64,000 nucleotides of DNA from the NCBI RefSeq assembly GCF_006345805.1, contig NW_021834001.1, positions 1 to 64,000 on the forward strand, in the 5' to 3' direction. Source of the DNA: Octopus sinensis. Lineage: Eukaryota. The notes below the pieces were generated by a model. It worked only from the letters and a program-made list of their open reading frames with translations. It was not told the origin of the DNA and searched no databases. Below, in pieces: positions 37,775-50,764 of the stretch; position 1 is the stretch's first letter; each line of letters begins with the position of its first letter. The translations under genes were made by a program, and so were the position numbers.

Positions 37775-39320
37775 GAGTATCTGTAGAGGTAAACCTAACA
37801 CGTGCTGTTCAATAAATGAAGTAACCCAGAAGTCAACGATGGAAATCGATTAAACGATAGTTGTATACAACGATAGTTGTATATTTAAAATATTTGGAAG
37901 AGTTATGGGTCTTGTTCCACCATGTAATAAAGGCATTTCTCTACTGCAATAGGGGAAAAAACAACTTGAATATTAGATTTATATTTCCATTGATGATGTT
38001 GCAGCTTCCTCACTGAAATTCTAGTTGTCCTAGAAATCTTACATATATATATGTATATGTATATATGTATGTATATGTATATTTCTATGACTAGTGTTCA
38101 CTTTTATGTGTAAACTTGAAACTCATATACATTTCCATGTGTCTGAATATATTTCATTTCCCTATAATACATGTTTAAATTGAAAATATCATTAGCTATC
38201 TAATATTATATTCTGAAATAACAGACAATCATGCACATATATGTACATAAATTTTTAGTGATCGAAATATTTTTATGCTTTTAATGATCACTATTTATGA
38301 TCAGCAATGCCTAATGTTCTTATCAAGTAAAAAATAATGGTAAATCGCATTCAAAGGACTCTAAGTTAATAACCATTTATTTTCTAAAAATCAGGAATAT
38401 TTTATAACTTTCAGAACTTTCCTGTGATTTTATTGTTATTCTGTTTTGAAGCGTCTTCAATATGAAAAAAAAGAAAAGAGAAATAATGAGGCTATATTTT
38501 GTTGCAGAAGAAGACTTGTTATATTAAAATGCCACCGCAAATGAAAAACAAACAAACAATCAAACAGAAGAAAGAATAAAAAAAAAGAAAGCAAAAAGGT
38601 AACAGGAGAGAGTTGCCGAAGAGGATGGAACCGGAAACAAACAGTGAGCGGAGTTGGCTTTGAAGAGGCGTACCATCACTTTACAGATCCCGTGATAGCA
38701 AAGGCGTCCTTTATTCTAAATGTCAGCGAATTCGTAGCACGCGGTGTTCCCTTATCCAGATATTTATATCATTACATTTAGATGCTCCTTCTCTGACCAT
38801 TTTCTGATTCTCTATAGTGCTTAGATGTGATCCATATAAGAGACAGGGATATATTTAGCGATAGTGCACATAGGAAATACGTAAACGTCCTTGACTTCAT
38901 CAATTCATCAAAAAAAAAAAGCGTTAGTGATGGTTTTCAGGGACATTTTAAGTTGCAAAGATTCACTCTCCAACTGGCTAAAAGCCACTGGCTCAAAGAT
39001 AAGATTCTCCTCTTCCACCTCCCCTCTTCCACCTCCCGTTCCCCTCCCATTACCCTGCTACTCTCCCTCCACTACCCTCTTTCTCTCTGTCACTCTGTAC
39101 TCCTCTGTTCCAAATGCAATGGTTTATGCTTCTCTGAGGGAGCATAACAAAAACCACTTCTATATTTTTCCAAATTATGCGCCAGTAACATTACAGTGTC
39201 TCATAAAAAAACCCCTCATGATATTAAATCCCCTAATCGTTGTTTTTTTCATAGAGTTTAACCTGTCTGGAATTGTTTAATATGAATAATTTTCTTCCAA
39301 GAATTGACCTACTAAATATC

Positions 39321-40118
39321 CTTTTCTAATCTAGGCACAAGGCCAGACATTTTTCTGGGAGGGGGTCAGTCGATTAGATCGACCTCAGTACGCAACTGGT
39401 ACTTAATTTATCGACCTCGAAAGGATGAAAGGTAAAGTCGAACTCGGCAGAATTTGAACTCAGAATGTAAAGACAGACGAACTACCGCTAAGCATTTCGC
39501 CCGGCGTGCTAACATTTCTTATTTCTTTATTGCCCATAAGGGGCTAAACATAGAGGAGACAAAAAAGGACAGACAAACGGACTACGTCGTTTATATCGAC
39601 CCCAGTGCGTAACTGGCACTTAATTTATCGACCCCGAAAGGATGAAAGGCAAAGTCGACCTCAGCAGAATTTGAACTCAGAATATAAAGACAAACAAACT
39701 ACCTATTTCTTTACTACACATAAGGAGCTAAACACAGAGAGGACAAACAAGGACAGACAAACGGATTAAGTCGATTACATCGACCCCAGTGCGTAACTGG
39801 TACTTATTTAATCGAACCCGAAAGGATGAAAGGCAAAGTCGATCTCGGCGGAATTTGAACTCAGAACGTAACGGCAGACGAAATACCTATTTCTTTATTA
39901 CCCACAAGGGGCTAAACACAGAGGGGACAAACAAGGACAGACATAGGTATTAAGTCGATTACATCGACCCCAGAGCGTAACTGGTACTTAATTTATCGAC
40001 CCCGAAAGGATGAAAGGCAAAGTCGACCTCGGCGGAATTTGAACTCACAACGTAACGGCAGGCGAAATACCGCTGAGCATTTCGCCAGCTTGCTAACATT
40101 GCTGCCAGTTCGCCGCCT
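39321..40118 (-). mobile_element. SINE B head-to-tail tetramer with one TSD
   Basis: Four ~185-230 bp units; TSD TTGA(C/T)CTACTAAATATC at 39304-39320 and 40119-40135. Confidence 0.92.
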
Positions 40119-40284
40119 TTGATCTACTAAATATCAAACTAGACATCTGCGCTATAGAGCTTAGTAGTATAGGAGGACATACACAAATATAGAACGACTC
40201 CTCGTTAGTGTTTCTCCGATTAAAGCTTAAACATCACTATGGTTGTCTTTGTCAATCATCCATCTAGATGTATTACAACCCTAG

Positions 40285-40665
40285 TGGAGGCGCAATGGCC
40301 TAGTGGTTAGGGTAGCGAACTCGCGGTCATAGGATCGCGGTTTCGATTCCCAGACCGGGCGTTGTGAATGTTTATTGAGCGAAAACACCTAAAGCTCCAC
40401 GAGGCTCCGGCAGGGGATGGTGGTGATCCCTGCTGTACTCTTTCACACACAACTTTCTCTCACTCTTACTTCCTGTTTTCTGTTGTACTGTATTTCAAAG
40501 GGCCGGCCTTGTCACTCTCTGTGTCACACTGAATATCCCCGAGAACTACGTTAAGGGTACTTGTGTCTGTGGAGTGCTCAGCCACTTACACGTTAATTTC
40601 ACGAGCAGGCTGTTCCGTTGATTCGGATCAACCGGAACCCTCGTCGTTGTAACCGACGGAGTGCT
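40285..40665 (+). mobile_element. tRNA-derived SINE, head C + tail T1
   Basis: A box TGGCCTAGTGG, B box GTTTCGATTCC; tail ends CCCTCGTCGTTGTAACCGACGGAGT. Confidence 0.92.
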
Positions 40666-40767
40666 TCCATTACAACCAGTTCCAGTCATATACTGTGGTT
40701 TACTCAACCAACCAAATGTGTTCTTACAAACGCATACCTATTCACCTTCTTTTTTTTTTTTTTTTTA

Positions 40768-41087
40768 CTCCGCCGGTTACGACGACGAGGGTCCCAGCTG
40801 ATACGATCAACGGAACAGCTTGCTCGTGAAATTAACGTGCAAATGGCTGAGCATTCCACAGACACGTGTACCCTTAACGTAGTTCTCGGGGATAATCAGC
40901 GTGACACAGAGAGTGACAAGGCTGACCCTTTGAAATACAAGTACAACTCATTTTTGCCAGCTGAGTGGACTGGAGCAACGTGAAATAAAGTGTCTTGCTC
41001 AAGGACACAACGCGTCGCCGGGAATCGAACTCACAACCTTACGATCATGAGCCGAATGCCCTAACCACTAAGCCACGCGCCCTCACT
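40768..41087 (-). mobile_element. tRNA-derived SINE, head D (CORE-like) + tail T1
   Basis: Minus strand: GGCGCGTGGCTTAGTGG..TTGAGCAAGACACTTTATTTCACGTTGCTCCAGTCCACTCAGCTGGCAAAAATGAGT + T1. Confidence 0.92.
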
Positions 41088-41794
41088 CTATTCACCTATT
41101 TGAATAGTCAACAACTGTTTATCTTACAAATATATTCAGCATTACATAATTTTATCGAATAAAAATTATTACTGTATTATTAATAGGTGATAAGATCTTA
41201 CGGAATTTGACTGATGTTAATAATTCTGTTTGAGTGAAGCCAATTATATAACCTACGGTAGATTAATTTGTTTCATCTATTTAATGCTAAATAAACCGGA
41301 GTCAAGTATTTAGCATATGGATTATAATTATTCTCAGAAATAAAGTTTCATCTCAAAGTTCTGTTTGGGGGGAAAATGGGTAGTAAAGTGTCAACAACTA
41401 TTTTTAACATTAGTTATGTAACAGAAATCAAGGGTCATAATCTGAAAATTTAACGCTACTGTCACTAGGTTGATATTGATGAAATCAACTCAAATTCCTA
41501 TACAAATCTCTTACGTTAAATGTTTAACTATATGAAAAGAACAGAAACATAAAAACCATACACAGAGTGAACAAAAAGAAAGGGCGTTTCTATATGTTAG
41601 TTCGATCAGCAAGAAATACCATTTTAATTTCTTGTCGGTCAAAACCTATTGTCTTACGACTGACCTAGTCGACAGGATCGTCGGTGAGATTCACGCGTGG
41701 AAACCGTTACGGCATATTGCGGTTCCACTTCAACTTCTTTCGGTCTCAACTTTGTCATTATTTCGGAGTCGATAAATAAAGTATTAGTCCTGTA

Positions 41795-41806
41795 GTTCTT
41801 TCCTTC

Positions 41807-41879
<73 letters not shown>

Positions 41880-42069
41880 TTTCTCCTTTTCTCCCTTTCT
41901 TTCTTTCTTTCTTCCTCTCTTTTTTATTTCTTTCTCCCTTCCTTTCTGTCTTTCGTCCTTCCTTCCTTCCTTCCTTCCTTCCTTCCTTCCTTCCTTCCTT
42001 CCTTCCTTCTTTCTTTCTTTCTTTCTTTCTTTCTTCTTTCTTCTTCTTTCTTCCTTCCTTCCTTCCTTC

Positions 42070-42110
<41 letters not shown>

Positions 42111-42218
42111 TTCCTTTCTTCCTTCCTTTCTTCCTTCCTTCCTTTATTTCTTTTTTCTTTCTTTTTTCTTTCTTTCTTTCTTTTTTCTTTCTTTCTTTCA
42201 CTCTTTCTTTCGTTCTTT

Positions 42219-42250
<32 letters not shown>

Positions 42251-42262
42251 TCCCGCCCCTCT
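41795..42262 (+). repeat. (CTTT)n/(CCTT)n polypyrimidine tract
   Basis: Direct reading; explains ORF 41758..42201. Confidence 0.97.
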
Positions 42263-42874
42263 CTCTCCTTTCTTCTCTATCTGTCTTCATCGCTTCCCGT
42301 TGCGAGTTTGGAAGAAATGGATTGTGTTTAGGCTTCAAAAAAAAAAGGCTAGACTCCGCCGTGTCGTACGTCATGACATCACCATAATGATTCCACAAGG
42401 AGTTGAAGGCCCGGAGCAAAGTATAAGGTATTGGGCATGATTTGTGGATTAAACAACCAAAAAGATTAAATGTGTGTTGAAAACAAACATTAAGCATACA
42501 TTATCGAAAAATGTAAGAACAAAAAAAAAGGAGAGAAGAATATACTATCGACAACCAAATGATTCTAAATAGTTATATTTTAACATAAGAAATGATTTTT
42601 ATATATATATTAAAAGAGGGTTACCAAAATTCTATTGAGAAAAAAAAAAAAAGACCCGGGATTTTATGATTAAATATAACAACAAAACAACACAAAACAT
42701 ATGTAGGCGACAGCATTTAAAAAATTTTCTAAATACAATTTGCAATGTAAATACTTGTTGCAACATCAAAATTTTATCTTCATCTGGAAATTTCGCATTA
42801 TTTTCCATTCCTTATTAAATTCAAAAGCGGTATCATAATACCATCTAGTGCTAATAATATTAATGTTGCCGCTA

Positions 42875-42898
42875 CTGTTGCTGCTGCTGCTGCTGCTG

Positions 42899-42960
<62 letters not shown>
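42875..42960 (+). repeat. (CTG)n-(CTA)n trinucleotide repeat
   Basis: Direct reading. Confidence 0.95.
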
Positions 42961-43135
42961 GATGATGATGATTATGATGGTGATGATAATGATGACAATG
43001 CCTTCACATATTAAAGATCGTAAAAAGTAATACAATATATATACATCCATATGCATATATACATGCATATATCTGTATGCATAAATATAAAGGTATGTAT
43101 ATATATATATGTATATATATGTGTATATATGTGTG

Positions 43136-43174
<39 letters not shown>

Positions 43175-43867
43175 ATATTACACCTGGTATGTATGCCTAT
43201 ATATATACACATATATGTACATATATATATATATATATACACATATATATATGCACATATATATACATATATATACATACATACCAGGTGTAATAGATAT
43301 AGCATATATATTTGTATATATATATATATATATATATATTTCACACGTACATATATTTCTGTATGTAGTTCTGCATTCTGTATAATATACAATAGTATAA
43401 TACAATGTATAACACACATAGGTATGTGTGAACGTGCTTGCGATTGTTACATTGCATTGTATTAAACATACAAGACATTTTATTCATTTCGTAACGAAAT
43501 CACACGCATATACATACATACGCGCGCTCTGTATCACACACACACACATACACATACACTCGTACAAATCTTCATAGAGACAGAACTCTTGGAGTCATCA
43601 ACACTCCAGCATTAGAAACTACAATCGTATCGCCACCGCCATCATCACCCCTACCGTAGGACACATATACAGAGAAATTTTGAATATCTTATTGATTAAA
43701 ATCGCATTTTTTTTTCTTCACATTTTCAAGTATTTGATGGTGTTAAAATATCTGCTAATTTTCTAAAGCAGCAACAATTTTCGTTGGCGAATATTCATGC
43801 TGACGAACACCACTCACATGAATTAACTTTCAAATCTAAAATTAATTACATTGTAGTCTCCAGAACT

Positions 43868-43869
43868 TA

Positions 43870-43929
<60 letters not shown>

Positions 43930-43958
43930 CATTATTATTATATTATTATTATTATTAT
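43868..43958 (+). repeat. (ATT)n
   Basis: Direct reading. Confidence 0.95.
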
Positions 43959-44062
43959 TATATTACTATATGCGCATTTGTAAATACATACATATATGTG
44001 TATACCAATATGAAATATGCAGATATATATAAATACACACACACCACATATTAATATATATA

Positions 44063-44113
<51 letters not shown>

Positions 44114-44140
44114 GTATGTATGAGCAATATATATGTATGT

Positions 44141-44172
<32 letters not shown>

Positions 44173-44324
44173 ATATTACACTTAAAAAACATTACAAAAT
44201 TTACGTTTATATATTCATGTATATAGAGGTATATGTATATATTTACGTGTATCCATATACATACGTATATACATATACATATACATGTATATATATCTAC
44301 ATGCATACATACATACATATATAT

Positions 44325-44356
<32 letters not shown>

Positions 44357-45087
44357 GGATATATAAAATTGTGCACATTCCAGTCTATGGCTCTATGTAT
44401 CCACAAATGAATCTGTGTATCTGAGGTTTGTGTATATGTGAGTCTCTATTTGTGTGTAAATTTATGTGTTTGTGTGTGAGTATGTATGTATGTATGTATG
44501 TATGTATGTATGTATGTATGTATGTATGTTGTATGTATGCATGTATGCATGCATGTATGTTTGTGTGTGTCTGTGCATTGTGTACAAAAATCATATACAG
44601 CAACAGGAATGAAATACAATCTAAGAAGCAGTTTTAATGGCTTCATATTATCTGTACGGCAGGAAAAAAAAACTTCTTTTATAAACTTGAAATAATATAA
44701 CTTAATTCATGTTCACACCATGAATAATAATATTACATTAAAACTGAGAGTAATTTTCTGCCTTCAATATTAAATTTATTACAAAATCTAATATAATAAG
44801 TGGTGAGGTTAGAACTTCAAATTCTATGGAACTAAATATTGATTAAGAATGTAAAAGAGGCAGCAGGCGGAAGCAGATAGAATGGAAATTGCCTTACTTT
44901 TGCCACCGAGCTTTCAGATGCCATTTTCCTGCAAGGATTTCGAAACATTAAAAATCTGCATCGTATTATGGCCAGTGTGGTTAAAAATTAGAAATAAATT
45001 ATTTGTATCTGCATATATACATATACGTGTGTGCGCGCGTATGTATGTGTCTATGGCTGTACATATGTATATATATATATATATATA

Positions 45088-45141
<54 letters not shown>

Positions 45142-45147
45142 TAATGC

Positions 45148-45473
45148 GTATGGCTCAGTGGTTACAGTGTTGGTTTCACTATCATGACGTACTAAGTTCG
45201 ATTCCCGGACCGGGCCGTGTGTTGTGTTCTTGAATAAGACACTTTATTTTCATGTTGCCCCAGTTCACTTAGCTGTAGAAATGAGTTGCGACGTCACAGG
45301 TGCCAAGCTGTTTCGGCCTTTGCCCTTCTCTTGGATAACATCGGTGGCGTGGAAAAGGGAGGCTGATATGCATGGATGACTGCTGGTCTTCCATAAACAA
45401 CCTTGCACAGACTTGTGCATCGGAGGGGAATTTTCTAGGTGCAATCCAATGGTTATTGATGGACCGAAGGGGT

Positions 45474-45478
<5 letters not shown>
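45148..45478 (+). mobile_element. SINE head D' + tail T3
   Basis: TGGCTCAGTGG..GTTCGATTCC..CAGCTGTAGAAATGAGT-TGCGACGTCAC. Confidence 0.9.
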
Positions 45479-45518
<40 letters not shown>

Positions 45519-45539
45519 GTATGTGTGTGTGTGTGTCGC

Positions 45540-45748
45540 CATGATAGATCGGTAGCCACTACACACATTTTTTTCTTCTCTCCTTGTTTTTCTCCTTGTT
45601 TTTTTTTTTCTGTGCCCCTTTCTGTGGAAGAGCGTAGGCTCGAAACTTAAAAGACTTTTTTCAATTCCTGAGCGTCATACTAATACATCTGTTTGTTTTG
45701 TACACCACCTGTCTTCGTCTTTTGTTGTTTTTTTCGTGAACTCTCCCC

Positions 45749-45750
<2 letters not shown>
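45540..45750 (+). mobile_element. Short repeat (copy 1) with a hammerhead-like motif at 45618-45653
   Basis: CTTT CTGTGGA A GAGC GTAG GCTC GAAAC TTA AAAG; homologous to 58680-58850; lies in TA/TG microsatellite. Confidence 0.6.
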
Positions 45751-45786
<36 letters not shown>

Positions 45787-46854
45787 TCTTTCTTTTAGGC
45801 TCCCTCATACTTTTTCTTTTATCTTCCTACTTCCCCTCCTCGTTTATCTGCCTTGTACCTTTCTCTATGTCCCTTTGACATTCTCTCTTTCTCGTTCTTC
45901 CCCCAATTCTTCAATCCCTCTGCTCCTACTTCTTTCCTTTCCATTCACGTGACCGGTGTTCGGCCAATATTGATCTTTCTTGGCTCGACTGCCCCACGAA
46001 GCATCTCTTATCATGACTTTCATCCCTTATGTTCATCTCCTATGTTCCTGCCTCAAGGCTTTCACTCTACACACAGCAGGTCAACTTGATTTGTTTTTAT
46101 AAGTCGAAAGACACCTGTTGTTTTTTTTTCTTGTTACTTGTAATTGTGTAATATTTTCTCCGTTCCTTTAAAACATGTAGGAAATATGTACGGCTGATTT
46201 TCTTTTCTTCTGTGTTTTTTTTACTTTCTTACTCTGTGGACAGTTAATATTCTGAAATGGGGAATATAACATTGTTTGTGCATTCCTTAAGTAGATTAAA
46301 TCACTTTTCCATTATGTAATTATCCAGTGTGATCATTCTAAATTTCATGGAGATTTAGCTGCTATTTCTTGCAGATCGATCAAGCACATATAATCTTTCT
46401 GATTGATGATTGAGTTTATTGATGCATGAGTGTATATCAATCAGTCAGATGACATTTATTTCAAACCGTTTTAGAATATTTTATGACTTTCCCAACGGAT
46501 TTAGTGAAATACTGCATTTCAATAGAAGAACAAGAATGGAACAGTGTCGCCGATTCGGCTCACTCGACCGCTGCTTTAATGATTCGTATTAACACATCTA
46601 CACAAATTTAACATTGATTTTGATCTCTTCACACCATTTGCACAGCTTTAGCTAGTTAAGATTACGTATGTCGTATAACTTCGTTAATGGTTTGACATAA
46701 TGTGTTGGTAGGACTTACATTTGATGCAACATATATTTATGTTTTATAAGATTTACTGAAATGTTATTTTTTGTCAAAAGAAAACTTGAATTTCTTCCTA
46801 AATTTCTAAAATACAGAATAATTAAATAAAATAAAATAAAATAAATGCGGTCTT

Positions 46855-47095
46855 TTTAAATCCTAGCCAGTCTCATGGGCCAGGTTTCCCGGTTTCAATG
46901 GCGTATGTGTTCCCTAGCTGGACAGGATGCCAGTCCATCACAGCGTCACTCATTTTTGCCAGCTGAGTGGACTGGAGCAACGTGAAATGAAGTGTTTTGC
47001 TCAAGAACAGAACGCATCGCCCGGTCCAGGAGTCGAAACCAGAATCTTACGATCATGATGCTGACACCCTAACAACTAAGCCACGCGCCTCCACA
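46855..47095 (-). mobile_element. SINE head D + tail T2
   Basis: Minus strand: ..CAGCTGGCAAAAATGAGT-GACGCTGTGATGGACTGG.. Confidence 0.9.
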
Positions 47096-47731
47096 AAATA
47101 CCAAATATACAACCTTAATATATCTATGACGTAATTATTTCTTGATTGGAGTTTCGTTATGGAAAGTTCAAATGAATTTACGCCGACGTCTTCCAGTAGG
47201 GAGTGTCTTAACAAAGATTAACCTTTCTTAGATATACCATTCCTTTATCAGACTTTCAGTTTGTCTCGGAGTTAAGCAAGTGTTGGAATGTACAAGCTAT
47301 TATAGTAAATTTATACCCTAAATTTCTAACGTTCGAAAAAAGAAAAGAAGCGCAAATAGATTTCTAACTTTCATCACTCTGGTAGGGTAAAACAACAGTT
47401 ACAACTTATGACAACTCAACAAACAGCCTAAGCATCAAATTTATTCATTTCACGCTTGAAACCGATTATAGATTACACCTAACAGAAATTGTGATAGGCC
47501 AGATTCCTTTCTATAGAGGAGAGCTAAACAGCTCAACACCAAGAAACTGCTGTACCCTCCTTATATACTAATTTGCGTAGTTTGTAAAGGATAAATAAAA
47601 ATTATAAAACTAAAGCGAAAATACAATAGAACAGGATGATAGTGACGTACAACGCCGTTGAATATTGAAATATAATGCCTTCAATTCTGTATTAAAACTG
47701 CGTTAAGTTTCAGGGTTGTGTTGGTTGAGAC

Positions 47732-48169
47732 TCTTTTTTACTCTTTACTCTTTTACTTGTTTCAGTCATTTGACTGCGGCCATGCTGGAGCACCGCCTTT
47801 AGTCGAGAAAATCGACCCCGGGACTTAGTCTTTGTAAGCCCAGTACTTATTCTATCGGTCTCTTTTGCCGAACCGCCAAGTGACGGGGACGTAAACACAC
47901 CAGCATTGGTTGTCAAGCAATGCTAGGGGGACAAACACACACACACAAACACACACACATACATATATATACATATATATATATATACATATATATATAC
48001 TATATACGACAGGCTTCTTTCAGTTTCCGTCTACCAAATCCACTCACAAGGCATTGGTCGGCCCGAGGCTATAGCAGAAGACACTTGCCCAAGATGCCAC
48101 GCAGTGGGACTGAACCCGGAACTATGTGGTTGGTTAGCAAGCTACTTACCACACAGCCACTCCTGCGCC
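47732..48169 (-). mobile_element. SINE family A, full length, young
   Basis: Near-consensus reverse complement of head and tail. Confidence 0.94.
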
Positions 48170-48654
48170 ATTTACTTTGTTCTGTATTTTGTATGAAATT
48201 ACTAACGATAGACTGACATTCATCATTATATTTCTTATAAATCATATTTTCGTTTCTACATTTCATAACAAAGACAATAATTTATCTGACGACAAGGAGG
48301 AAAGCTTTCTGTTTGACGTATTCAATAACATGTGATAATTGATAAATATAGTTACGAACCAAAGAAGCCTATGATGATAGTACTTAGCTACGCATTCAAG
48401 AACGCCAAACAGATAAGACAAGAATCTTCTCCTAAGTGGGTTAGGTTAGACAATAGCATTTTGCATGTAATATTTCCATAAAAGATATGGTATCTATTCG
48501 CGATAGTTAACAGAACCACCAGAGGCCATGTACAATTACGGTTCTCGTCTAGTGACACGATGGAACTCATACAATGTATTAACTCGCAATTGTTAAACTG
48601 GTGAGAGGAGTGTTTTATCCATTCAGTAGGTTTATTTATACACAGAACAATTAT

Positions 48655-48990
48655 TTTAGGCACAGAGCCAGCAGTTTTGAGGGGGGGGGTAAGAGAATTA
48701 TATTGACCTCAGTGCTCAACTGGTATTTATTCCATCGACCCCCGAAAAGTTGGAAGACAATGCCGACCTGAGCGGAATTTGAACTCAGAGCGTAAGACCG
48801 GAAGAAATATCGCTAAGCATTTTATCCAGCATGCTATTGATTCTAGAGGCACAAGGCCTGGAATTTTGGGGAATGAGCAAGTCGATTACATCGACACCAG
48901 TATTCAACTGGTACTTTTATCGACCCCCATATTTAATCGACCCCGGTGCTACTTGAACTTAGAAAGTAAAGTTGAAGTTAATGCTGCTAA
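48655..48990 (-). mobile_element. Two degenerate tandem SINE B copies
   Basis: GGAATTTGAACTCAGAGCGT; GGCACAAGGCCTG..GTCGATTACATCGAC. Confidence 0.75.
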
Positions 48991-50411
48991 ACATTTCCCC
49001 GCCATTATATATAAAGAGTTTTAATGCCGAGAAAGTGAATATTTCTTTTCCAACGTCAGATTTTAGAGTTAATTATTTTCGTTACCTTCATTTAACTTTC
49101 CTATAAATTCATGTGTCAGTGAAGACAACTTCTTGTATGCAATTAATATTTTATAGTTATATGATGATAGTTGAATATACTTTTCAAAACCTACTTACGT
49201 TCAGAGATGCTCAGATGTTCTAAATGCAGAATTACTTCAAATATTGTGTGATAAAATATCAAGAGATCTTATTAACATCCCTAATGATACAAAAGTAAAT
49301 GTATAGAGATCATATATAACATATGAACGATACTTGTTTGAATTAATATATTGATCGACCTTTAGGTCATAATAACAGAGTTACAAAGATTTACTTGTGG
49401 CAGAAGTAACATATACGCACTTGAACATCTTGCCAAGAGCATTCTCTCACATACTATTATGAACTAATTAAAAACATCGTTGGGGACAGAGGATCGATTG
49501 ATCAAATAGTGATTCTACTTGAAAGACGTGATTAGTTAGCTTTGAATTTTTATGGTCACACCACAGATGTGTCTATATTGAAAGGTCAATAAAGTTTACT
49601 TTATAACTGTTTTACAATGCTTTAAACTTTCAGCCAGCTAAAAAGGCAAAGGAAGAGTAATGCACAGTAGGCATTTAATGTTCATGTAGCACAAAGTTGC
49701 GTTGCGGACAGAAAACTTTAGATGCAGACACATACAAAATATACACACGTGTTTCTCTATTTCTTTATATCATATACTACCCAAGACACGCGCAACATAC
49801 GCATATAGACGAGTGGAGAAACGAACGAAACCAGCACTTAACACACACACACACACACATACACACATGTAAATATATCCAACACGATCAGCTGTATAAT
49901 TTCGTGTAGTTTGTACTTGAAGAAATCGCTCTATTACACCCAATCTTTCCTTTTCTAGAATGTCGGCTCCCGCCTCGCCTGAGAATGTTAGTTTACAACA
50001 AATTATCCGGTACATTAACGGCATCAAACTGACATGTCTGAACTTTCCAATAACTTGAATAACTGAACTAGCAAGTCCATTATATGAGCATGTATGTGGT
50101 CGAGTACTCCTCATTTGCATGTATCCTTATAGTAAACTACAAGAGAAATGAACATGACATATGTGACCAGGCTATATTATATATTTAAAGTGAAACTCCA
50201 TCCGACGGACTTTCATAGAGATTCTGTCAACAAAATCAAAACATATTCACACAAAAGGAACGACTATGTAAAATGATGGTCACCCATGAAATCATATAAA
50301 ACGTAGAACCCGTGACCGGAAGATAGCAAAACCAACATCTTAATTCGCCCATTTTTGCCGACATATAAAATATGCATATTCATTCATAACTGTCTGTGCT
50401 TTTATATATGG

Positions 50412-50720
50412 TTACGACGGCGAGGGTCCCAGGTGATATGATCAACGGAACAGCCTGCTCGTGAAAGTAATGTGCAAGTGGCTGAGCACTCCACAGACGC
50501 GTGTACCCTTAACATAGTTCTCGAGGAGATTCAGCATGACACCGAATGTGACGAAGCTGGCCCTTTGAAATACAGGTACTACCCATTTTTGCCAGCTGAG
50601 TGAACTGGAGCAACGTGAAATAAAGTGTCTTGCTCAAGGACCCAACGCGTCGCCAGGAATTGAACTCACGACCTTACGATCGTGAGCCGAATGCCCTAAC
50701 CACTAAGCCACTCGCCTTCA
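50412..50720 (-). mobile_element. SINE head D + tail T1
   Basis: Close homologue of 40768-41087. Confidence 0.92.
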
Positions 50721-50722
50721 CT

Positions 50723-50764
<42 letters not shown>

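Noticed and set aside
37188-40118. Regularly spaced repeats resembling a CRISPR array
   Set aside because: The units are ~185-bp SINE bodies with no unique spacers and no cas genes, in eukaryotic DNA.
40285-40365. tRNA-like sequences at SINE heads
   Set aside because: They have A/B boxes but no complete cloverleaf and run into SINE bodies, so they are not tRNA genes.
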